A stretch of DNA of 64,000 bases from Candidatus Methanoperedens sp. (GTDB taxonomy: Archaea; Halobacteriota; Methanosarcinia; Methanosarcinales; Methanoperedenaceae). The translations under genes and the position numbers were made by a program. How positions within the stretch are numbered: the stretch's first letter is position 1; every line of letters starts with the position of its first letter. The stretch spans positions 7,521 through 71,520 of the forward strand of contig JAQUNZ010000002.1 in the NCBI GenBank assembly GCA_028717345.1, in the 5' to 3' direction. Below the pieces are notes generated by a model. That model did not search any database and was not told where the DNA came from. It was given only the letters and a program-made list of their open reading frames with translations. Below are positions 30,204-37,660 of this stretch, in pieces.

Positions 30204-31008
30204 ATTAAAATTCAGACGGTTCACGCTCAACCAGCGGATACAGCATATCATTTTCTTTACGACCTTTATATTGCTCGCATACACGGGTTTCCCATTGAAG
30301 TTCCCTGATGAGTTGTGGGCGAAATGGATGATAGCTTCGGTAGGAGGTTTTGATAACAGAACACTAATACATCACTTTTCGGGTCTCTTGATGATCGGTG
30401 TATCAGTATATCATGTTGTCTTCCATCTTATTGAGAAGCCTCGTTTTGATGTTTTGTTCAATTTACAGGATATTTCAGACTTCAAGCAGCAGATGCGTTA
30501 TTACCTGAGGCTGACAGATCAGCATCCCAAATTCGGAAGATATACATGGAAGCAGAAGTTCGAATATTTCGGAGCCGGGTTTGGAGCTGTAGTAATGGGT
30601 TTCACCGGATTATTGATGTGGAAGCCATTCGAAGCTATGCAATATTTTCCGATAGGTGTGGTGCAGATAGCTAACCTGTTCCACACATGGGAGGCGGTCC
30701 TTGCTTCTCTTGCAGTGTTCATAGGGCATTTCTATGATGAACACTTCGGGAAATTCCCGAATATATCCTGGATAACGGGAAACATATCAGCGCAAGAGAT
30801 GCGCCATGAGCATACCTTAGAATATGAAGCGGCGATGAAGGATCAGGAACCTGAAGAAGTAACAGAAACAAGCCATGGGAATAACACTGGACCTGTTACA
30901 ATGTTAGCAAAGTTAGTGTTCACAGTGATCTTCCTAGCTATTACCGTCTGGATGCTGTGGATCTCGTATAATGTACTGGTTGATGCAGTAACCACATATA
31001 TATTCTGA
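30196..31008 (+). CDS. Membrane b-type cytochrome (FdnI/HydC/PhsC-like, PF01292-type)
   Basis: RFTLNQRIQHIIFFTTFILLAYTG ... HHFSGLLMIGVSVYHVVFH ... with conserved His in the TM helices. It overlaps the cytochrome c gene by 8 nt. Confidence 0.75.
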   Translation: MTELKFRRFTLNQRIQHIIFFTTFILLAYTGFPLKFPDELWAKWMIASVGGFDNRTLIHHFSGLLMIGVSVYHVVFHLIEKPRFDVLFNLQDISDFKQQMRYYLRLTDQHPKFGRYTWKQKFEYFGAGFGAVVMGFTGLLMWKPFEAMQYFPIGVVQIANLFHTWEAVLASLAVFIGHFYDEHFGKFPNISWITGNISAQEMRHEHTLEYEAAMKDQEPEEVTETSHGNNTGPVTMLAKLVFTVIFLAITVWMLWISYNVLVDAVTTYIF

Positions 31009-31015
31009 TCCAGAC

Positions 31016-31024
31016 TTTTTTTTT
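31016..31024 (+). terminator. Oligo-T tract (T9, then ATTTT) after the cytochrome c / cytochrome b pair
   Basis: It starts 8 nt after the stop codon and looks like an archaeal poly-T terminator. Confidence 0.4.
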
Positions 31025-31223
31025 ATTTTCAGAAATATCCATCGATGGCAATCTCAAGTTCATTGTTCCGGTTTTCTGCCATCACAATAATATTATGTCA
31101 TAAATGCTGGCATACGGAAACAATTGATATCAAATACATTTTTAGTATTGTCATTGCATAAACAAACATAAGAGTGGTCATGAATATTACATTGAATAAA
31201 GTTGGTAAAAGCGGGTGGTTAAA

Positions 31224-32666
31224 TTGCCGGTATTAAGGCACATATCACTGGATGATGAGTATGTAGATAAAATGAAACCCTATCTGGAAAAAAATAGCGG
31301 TAATCTATGCGATTCTTTCAAGGAGATATTAGGACAGGCTGGAAAGTACAATTTGGGCATGAATTCATCTGCTATTGATACAGTTTTACTTAATTGGTTG
31401 CTTAAAGAAGTTGAGGATACCCTCATCCCTGATAAGGTACTTGATAAAATACTTGATCCAGGGCTTATGACCTCGATGACAAAATTTGAAAAGTTCGTAA
31501 GGCAGAGGATAGAAGAGCTTGAGTGGGATATTGGCATGGTCTTCAAATATGATAATGTAACTTTTCCATCAGAGATATTGATCGAAATGAGGGGCGCTCC
31601 TCAAAAAACAAAATTCCTGGGAAGTATATTGTCACAGTATCTTGTTAAGAACTCACTGGAATATGCGCCACTTGAGATAAAATTCGTTGTCAATATTAAT
31701 TCCTGTATGAAAATCGGATTATTCAGGTCAGATAAAAAGGATTCCCAGAAGAGTCTCAATACCTTTTTTGGAAATTTAAATGAAATAATGAACGTTATCA
31801 GGAGCCATCCTGATTTCTGGAAAGACATTATCCACAGGCACGTGGCAAGCAATTACAATATGGTCACTGTCCACAGGAATTATCTTGAAGATATTTTTAC
31901 AGATAAGATACCTCACGGGGAAATAATGATAGAGACAATGGCAAAAAAACCGGTGCAGGATATCCCATTAAAAGAGCTGCTTCCTCTCATAAAAGAGGTA
32001 TATGAGGCTGCAAGGGTTGTGGACAGAGTGAACATCGAGAACGAAACGATAATCGTTTCCCATTATTTTAGAAATAAGAATGCTGTTGAAAGATTAAAAA
32101 ATGGCCTTGTCATGCTCCTTGAATCCAATGGTCATCTATTTGATGCAAAAACAACTACCAATATGATCGTGCTCAGCCACAGACCAGATGTCGGTATGAA
32201 AATGAATGAAATTGTTGACAATCTAAGATCAAGCAATAGCATGCTGGATCAGGAATTAATGATGTTCATGGCTTTTCTTGAAGGGCTTCGTGAAATCCCT
32301 GACATCCCCCTTTCCCTCACAACTCTTGGAAGAAGGATCGGCAGGTCGCTGTTAAAGGAGTACGAAAAAGAGAATAATATTAAGGACTGGAACCTGGAAG
32401 CCTTCAAGAAGGCGATGGAAACCATCGACTCAAAGCTCCACAGGGTGAGCGAATGGAAACTGGAAAACAGAAATCTAATATATACTATCAGGGAATGCAG
32501 CATTTCAGAAACCGGGAATACCTTTGACCGTTATATCTGCCATACTATCAGGGAGGCTTTCAAAGGAGTATTGAGCCAGGCATTCGGGAATAAGGCAGAA
32601 CTGAAGATAAACAATCTGCTGTCGCGTGGAGATAGTTTTTGTGAAGTGTCTATAAGGATACCGTGA
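31224..32666 (+). CDS. RHH-like / V4R-like tri-Cys protein, paralog P3 (480 aa if TTG 31224 is the start; the alternative is GTG 31215)
   Basis: (M)PVLRHISLDDEYVDKMKPYLEKNSGNLCDSFKEILGQAGK ... ECSISETGNTFDRYICHTIREAFKGV..RGDSFCEVSIRIP. A TTG start gives the same length and N-terminal register as P2 and P4. Confidence 0.75.
   Translation: MPVLRHISLDDEYVDKMKPYLEKNSGNLCDSFKEILGQAGKYNLGMNSSAIDTVLLNWLLKEVEDTLIPDKVLDKILDPGLMTSMTKFEKFVRQRIEELEWDIGMVFKYDNVTFPSEILIEMRGAPQKTKFLGSILSQYLVKNSLEYAPLEIKFVVNINSCMKIGLFRSDKKDSQKSLNTFFGNLNEIMNVIRSHPDFWKDIIHRHVASNYNMVTVHRNYLEDIFTDKIPHGEIMIETMAKKPVQDIPLKELLPLIKEVYEAARVVDRVNIENETIIVSHYFRNKNAVERLKNGLVMLLESNGHLFDAKTTTNMIVLSHRPDVGMKMNEIVDNLRSSNSMLDQELMMFMAFLEGLREIPDIPLSLTTLGRRIGRSLLKEYEKENNIKDWNLEAFKKAMETIDSKLHRVSEWKLENRNLIYTIRECSISETGNTFDRYICHTIREAFKGVLSQAFGNKAELKINNLLSRGDSFCEVSIRIP
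31859..31878 (+). repeat. Invariant 20-mer ATGGTCACTGTCCACAGGAA (copy 3 of 4)
   Basis: Read directly from the sequence. Confidence 0.9.
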
Positions 32667-32770
32667 GCCTGCCAATAATTTTCATGCCAAGTATTGTCAT
32701 AAAAACGATTTTTTTGTCATTTCATGCCATTTCCTGACTTTGATGCTAATTTCTTGACAAATATTGTTTT

Positions 32771-32781
32771 GACATTGGCAT
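32771..32781 (+). promoter_or_regulatory. Conserved leader box GACATTGGCAT upstream of small-TM gene 'd'
   Basis: It aligns with the boxes upstream of 'b' and 'c'. The region 32680-32775 also holds 2x TTCATGCCA, 2x TTGTCAT and 2x TTGACA. Confidence 0.35.
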
Positions 32782-32807
32782 TAGATAATCAAGAATGGTG
32801 ATAGTAT

Positions 32808-33098
32808 ATGAAAAATTGGGTTAAGTATGTCGCAACAATTGTAGTCGGCGCCACTGTGATGGGAGCAGCCTATCTCCTGCCCATGGGAACCTTTCAGGCT
32901 TTCGTGATAGGGTGGTTGTTCCTCATTCCAGCGACCTTTGCCGTATACATGCTGTTCTCACTGAAAGAATACATGCAGGACAGGAAGAACAGGATCGTAG
33001 TATCGGTAAAACCTACGGAAGCCATGAAAGCGCTGGCACGCAGGGAAGCGGCGCTGATGAAAGAAAAAGAGCTCCTGTATGAAGAGCTCCAGAAATAA
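32808..33098 (+). CDS. Small two-TM protein, family member 'd' (96 aa)
   Basis: ...GWLFLIPATFAVYMLFSLKEYMQDRKNRIVVSVKPTEAMKALARREAALMKEKELLYEELQK. It ends 20 nt upstream of P4, and a GGAGG lies between them. Confidence 0.7.
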   Translation: MKNWVKYVATIVVGATVMGAAYLLPMGTFQAFVIGWLFLIPATFAVYMLFSLKEYMQDRKNRIVVSVKPTEAMKALARREAALMKEKELLYEELQK

Positions 33099-33118
33099 AA
33101 GGGATAGGAGGGAATAAT

Positions 33119-34561
33119 ATGATCGTTACAAGACACATCTCTCTTGACAACGACTGCATCGATAAGATGCAGCCGTATGTCGAAAAAAACAATGGCAATT
33201 TCAGCGCTGCTGTAAGAGAGATAATTGACAGGGCAGGAAAATACAGTTCCCTCCAGAATTCCTCTTCTATTGACAGTTCCTTATTCAAATGGATGCTGGC
33301 AGAAATAGACGGCAGACTTATCCCGAACAATGTTCTGGATGAAATAATAGATCCTGCGCAGATAGATTCATTAAGGGGGCTTGAAAAGCAACTGCTTCAA
33401 AGGTTCAGTGAACTTGAATGGAACATTGACCTTGCAATAAAATCTGACAGTGATTCATCTCCATATGACGTACTGATAGAAATAAAAGGTGCTCCTCACA
33501 AAATAAAATTCGTTGCATGCATTCTCAGCCAGTATCTGGTGATAAACTCCCCGGAGCAGGCATCACTTGGGATACGGTCGATCAGCAATTTCAGCGATTG
33601 TCTGAAAATCGAGCTTGTAAGAATGAATAAAAAGGACGCACGGGACAGCCTGAATAATTTCTTTGGAGTGATGGATGAAATAATACAGGCAATAAGGAAC
33701 CGTCCTTCTTTCTGGAAGACCGTTATAGATGGACATTTGTTGAGCAATTACAGCATGGTCACTGTCCACAGGAATTATTTTGAAGACCTGCTTGCAGGAA
33801 AAATACCAATGGGTGAGATAACCATCGAAACGCTGGCAAAAAAACCCATCCAGGAAATACCCTTAAAAGAGATGCTTCCACTGATAAAAGAAGTTTATGA
33901 AACATCAAGGGTCGTGGACAGGGTTGAGATCGACAGGGAGACAGTAATTCTGTTCCATAATTACAGGAACATAGAAGTGATAGACAAATTAAAAAAGAGC
34001 CTTATTGCGCTTCTTGAAGCCAACGGTCATTTATATGACGCAAAGTCCACAGCCAACATGATCGTCCTGACTCACAGACCTGACGTTGGCATAAAAATAA
34101 ATGAGATCGTCAGCAACCTGAAGATCAGCAACAGCAGAGTTGACCAGGAATTGTTGATGTTCATGGCTTTTCTGAAAGGCTTAAAGAACATACCTGACAT
34201 TCCTATGTCTCTAACATTCCTGGGCAGAAGGATGGGTAAGTCGCTGATGCAGGAATATGAAAGGGAGAATAGTATCACGAAATGGAGCCTGGAGACATTC
34301 CAGAGCGCTTTTGGCGCCATAGATTCCAGGCTGCACAGGGAAAGTGAGTGGAAAACTGACAAGAACAATCTCGTGTACCTTGTCAGGAAATGCAATATTG
34401 TGGCTGATGGGAACACAGTCGATAAATATGTGTGCCAGACCATACGGGAAACTTTCAAAGGGGCTATCAGTCACGCTTTCGGCGCGCAGGCGCAGCTGGA
34501 GGTCAGGAATTTGTTAACTCACGGTGACAATTGTTGTGAGGTGTTAATACGAATACCATGA
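33119..34561 (+). CDS. RHH-like / V4R-like tri-Cys protein, paralog P4 (480 aa)
   Basis: MIVTRHISLDNDCIDKMQPYVEKNNGNFSAAVREIIDRAGK ... KCNIVADGNTVDKYVCQTIRETFKGA..HGDNCCEVLIRIP. Confidence 0.8.
   Translation: MIVTRHISLDNDCIDKMQPYVEKNNGNFSAAVREIIDRAGKYSSLQNSSSIDSSLFKWMLAEIDGRLIPNNVLDEIIDPAQIDSLRGLEKQLLQRFSELEWNIDLAIKSDSDSSPYDVLIEIKGAPHKIKFVACILSQYLVINSPEQASLGIRSISNFSDCLKIELVRMNKKDARDSLNNFFGVMDEIIQAIRNRPSFWKTVIDGHLLSNYSMVTVHRNYFEDLLAGKIPMGEITIETLAKKPIQEIPLKEMLPLIKEVYETSRVVDRVEIDRETVILFHNYRNIEVIDKLKKSLIALLEANGHLYDAKSTANMIVLTHRPDVGIKINEIVSNLKISNSRVDQELLMFMAFLKGLKNIPDIPMSLTFLGRRMGKSLMQEYERENSITKWSLETFQSAFGAIDSRLHRESEWKTDKNNLVYLVRKCNIVADGNTVDKYVCQTIRETFKGAISHAFGAQAQLEVRNLLTHGDNCCEVLIRIP
33755..33774 (+). 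repeat. Invariant 20-mer ATGGTCACTGTCCACAGGAA (copy 4 of 4)
   Basis: Read directly from the sequence. Confidence 0.9.
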
Positions 34562-34633
34562 GAGCGGAACGGTTCGAAAATCAAAAAACGATGGACAGGA
34601 TAGGGAAAAATTCAGTAAAATGCGGAGGAAATT

Positions 34634-35458
34634 ATGGAAACGTTCGTTGAATACATGACATATGTAAAAGGGATCGGATATTTGCTTGTAGTGGCATTTC
34701 TGTTTGCATTCATTGCTTTCTGGATGCTTGTACATACGAAAAATAAGGATTTCGTAAAAAGCGTTCCGGTGATCGTGGTAGTATGGCTGGTGTTCGGAGG
34801 TGCCTCAGCAGTAATTTCAAACGGTAATTCGAATGGAAATAATGTAACGGCTGATACCCATGCAGAACCTGTTGTCACAGCGCCGGCATTTCCTGAGTAT
34901 TACAGCAATGGAAGCCCTGCCACCATAACCGCACACCGCGCGGAAAAATGGATGGGTGTGAACAGCTCTGAATATAGTTCAATAAGTTACGGTTCAGCGA
35001 CGGATTTCCATGCTGTTATGAGTAAAAAAGTAGCATGTACGGACTGTCACCATAACAGCGGTGATGAGATACATGCATGCAAGGATTGTCATGGCACTCC
35101 ATTTAATCCAGATGATATGGCAAAACCCGGGCTCAAGGCTGCTGTTCATGAAAGGTGCCAGGGCTGTCATACTGAAATATTCGGAGGTCCTGATGGCTGC
35201 AAGCTATGCCATACCCAGGGGTCTCCTGGTGCAGTGGCAGTGCCGGCTCCAGAAAGACCCCATACACTGACATGGGATCAGTGCCTGCGCTGCCACCCGG
35301 ATGGGATACCAGGCGGACAGAGTATAAAGATAGTCTATCACGACTTCTGCATCAAGTGCCATACAAAAGGCATTGCCGGAGCTGATAAGCTGCCATCCGA
35401 CCATGCCGGTCGTACGGGAGATACATGCAAGGGCTGCCATAAGCCAGCAGGAGGATAA
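34634..35458 (+). CDS. Heptaheme c3-type (class III-like) cytochrome c with N-terminal membrane anchor
   Basis: Heme motifs: CTDCH, CKDCH, CQGCH, CKLCH, CLRCH, CIKCH, CKGCH. There are two N-terminal hydrophobic segments. Confidence 0.85.
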   Translation: METFVEYMTYVKGIGYLLVVAFLFAFIAFWMLVHTKNKDFVKSVPVIVVVWLVFGGASAVISNGNSNGNNVTADTHAEPVVTAPAFPEYYSNGSPATITAHRAEKWMGVNSSEYSSISYGSATDFHAVMSKKVACTDCHHNSGDEIHACKDCHGTPFNPDDMAKPGLKAAVHERCQGCHTEIFGGPDGCKLCHTQGSPGAVAVPAPERPHTLTWDQCLRCHPDGIPGGQSIKIVYHDFCIKCHTKGIAGADKLPSDHAGRTGDTCKGCHKPAGG

Positions 35459-35461
35459 AAC

Positions 35462-36364
35462 ATGAAAATGAGCAGACGAGATTTTGTAAAGATCGGTGGA
35501 TCTGTTGTGGCATTGAGCCTGATGGGTAATACTGCGGCAGCAGGAACCCACAGTTTCACAGGCTACCCTGACCGCTACGGCATGCTTTCCGACCTTACAA
35601 GGTGCATTGGATGCCGCAGATGTGAGGCTGCGTGCAACAAGGCGAATAATCTTGGCACCCCAAAGACCTCTTTTGAGGATACATCTGTGTTCGAGGAAAA
35701 AAGAAGACCCTATGTTGCGGACGTTGGATCTTACACTGCGGTCAACCGCTTCGAGGTAGATGGAAAAACCGTTTACCGCAAAGTTCAGTGCATGCACTGC
35801 GAGGAGCCAGCCTGCGTTTCAGCCTGCCTTGTCGGGGCGCTGCAGAAGAGCCCGGAAGGACCTGTAACATGGAACGAAAAGGTGTGCATCGGATGCAGAT
35901 ACTGCATTACAGCCTGCCCGTTCTATGTACCGGCGTTCGAGTATTCAAGCGCATTTGACCCAAAGATACAGAAATGCTTCATGTGCCACCAGAGAATCAC
36001 AAATGGCACAGTTCCAGCATGCGCTGAAGCCTGTCCTGTTGAAGCGATTACATTCGGCAAGAGGGACAAACTTCTGAAGCTTGCCTGGTCAAGGATATGG
36101 GGCGAACCTGACAAGTATATAGACCATGTTTATGGCGAGCGTGAAGCTGGAGGCACAGGATGGCTGTACGTATCAGGAGTCCCGTTCTCAAAACTTGATT
36201 TCCAGATGGATATAGGAACAACAGCATATCCTGAATTGACAAAAGACTTTCTCTCCATAGTCAATCTCACCCTGGTCTCCTGGCCAGCGGTATTTGGAGG
36301 GATATATCTCATGAACCATAAGGATAAAAAAACTCATACTGAGGAAAAGGAGGTAAAGAAATGA
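35462..36364 (+). CDS. NrfC/HybA/DmsB-like 4x[4Fe-4S] subunit with Tat signal and C-terminal TM helix
   Basis: The Tat motif is MKMSRRDFVKIGG. The clusters are CIGCRRCEAAC, CMHCEEPACVSAC, CIGCRYCITACP and CFMCHQR...CAEACP. Confidence 0.85.
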   Translation: MKMSRRDFVKIGGSVVALSLMGNTAAAGTHSFTGYPDRYGMLSDLTRCIGCRRCEAACNKANNLGTPKTSFEDTSVFEEKRRPYVADVGSYTAVNRFEVDGKTVYRKVQCMHCEEPACVSACLVGALQKSPEGPVTWNEKVCIGCRYCITACPFYVPAFEYSSAFDPKIQKCFMCHQRITNGTVPACAEACPVEAITFGKRDKLLKLAWSRIWGEPDKYIDHVYGEREAGGTGWLYVSGVPFSKLDFQMDIGTTAYPELTKDFLSIVNLTLVSWPAVFGGIYLMNHKDKKTHTEEKEVKK

Positions 36365-37605
36365 CTGATATAATAGAAACTGAAGATCTGAGGAAAACAG
36401 AGACAGTTGAATACTGGATAAATGAACTGTTCTTTAACAGGCTCAGCATAAAAGATTATGTGAAATCGCTGATAAATCCTTTCAATATTGTTGCAGGGAT
36501 CATTGTCCTTGTCGGGCTGGCATTTATTTTCATGCGATTTGCCTTTGGTCTTGAAGCGATAACCGATTCCTCGAATACGCAGGCATGGGGACTCCTTCTT
36601 GGCGTGGGGCTGTTCACAGGCGTTCCATTCTCAGCTTCCGGGTTCGTGATGGGAACAGCTGTGTACATCTTCGGATTGAAAAAATACCAGCCTGTGGTAA
36701 CGAATGCGATCCTCCTGGGATTCCTAGGCTACCTGTTCGCAGTTGTATTCCTGATGACAGATCTGGGCAGACCCTGGCGCATCTATTATCCGATGATCCT
36801 GTCGTTCGGTCCTGCTTCAGTCATGTTCCTTGTAGCATGGCATGTGGCTCTGTATCTCTCGGTGCAGGCGCTGGAATTCTCGTCATCTGCATTTGAGTGG
36901 CTGGGAATAAGGTCGCTTCGAAAACTTGTTGTCGGCGCGACGCTGGGACTAACGATCGCAGGCATCATGCTCTCCACGCTTCATCAGTCAGCCCTGGGTG
37001 CTATGTTCCTTCTTGCTCCTGGAAAAGTGCACCCTCTCTGGTGGAGTTCGTACATGCCCTGGCTTTTCTTTGTGTCAGCCCTTGCTGCCGGGCTTGTGTA
37101 TGTGATACTTGTTAGCAAACTGACCCAGATGTTCATGAGGAACAGGGCTGATGAGCGATACCTTGCAAGCCTTGATGAGATCACTCTTGGCATCGGGAAA
37201 GCCTGCGCCCTGATACTGTTCACGTATGTGGGCTTGAGGCTTACAAGTATCACTTATGAAAATGCCTGGGGTTATTTACAGGGAGCATACGGTATGTGGT
37301 TCCTTGTTGAGTTCCTGCTGTTCGCTCTGGCTCCGCTCATGTTCTTCTACGGGGTGCAGAAAAAGAACGTCGGGATTGTGCAGGTCTCAGCTCTGGTGAC
37401 CATGATCGCAATAATCCTGAACAGGCTCAACACTGTATACATAACCTTCAACTGGCAGTTCCCCCACAGAGAACTCTTCTACTGGAAAGAGGTCATTGTG
37501 GTGATAGCTGTTCTTACAATTGAGGTTCTTGTATATCGCTGGATAGTGAACAGGATGCCAGTGCTGAGACAGCATCCTGATTTCATAGGTGAAGAGCACG
37601 GATGA
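36361..37605 (+). CDS. NrfD/PsrC-family polytopic quinone-interacting membrane subunit
   Basis: 414 aa with about 10 hydrophobic helices. It overlaps the FeS subunit by 4 nt, the classic NrfC-NrfD arrangement. Confidence 0.75.
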   Translation: MTDIIETEDLRKTETVEYWINELFFNRLSIKDYVKSLINPFNIVAGIIVLVGLAFIFMRFAFGLEAITDSSNTQAWGLLLGVGLFTGVPFSASGFVMGTAVYIFGLKKYQPVVTNAILLGFLGYLFAVVFLMTDLGRPWRIYYPMILSFGPASVMFLVAWHVALYLSVQALEFSSSAFEWLGIRSLRKLVVGATLGLTIAGIMLSTLHQSALGAMFLLAPGKVHPLWWSSYMPWLFFVSALAAGLVYVILVSKLTQMFMRNRADERYLASLDEITLGIGKACALILFTYVGLRLTSITYENAWGYLQGAYGMWFLVEFLLFALAPLMFFYGVQKKNVGIVQVSALVTMIAIILNRLNTVYITFNWQFPHRELFYWKEVIVVIAVLTIEVLVYRWIVNRMPVLRQHPDFIGEEHG

Positions 37606-37626
37606 AGTGGATTGGATAGGGTTTGG

Positions 37627-37660
37627 TCAGGGCAATGGTGTATTGCCCTGATCTTTTTTT
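37627..37660. terminator. Perfect 10-bp hairpin (TCAGGGCAAT-ggtgt-ATTGCCCTGA) followed by TC + T7, between the convergent nrfD-like and mptD genes
   Basis: Read directly from the sequence. The T-tract overlaps the mptD stop codon. Confidence 0.55.
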
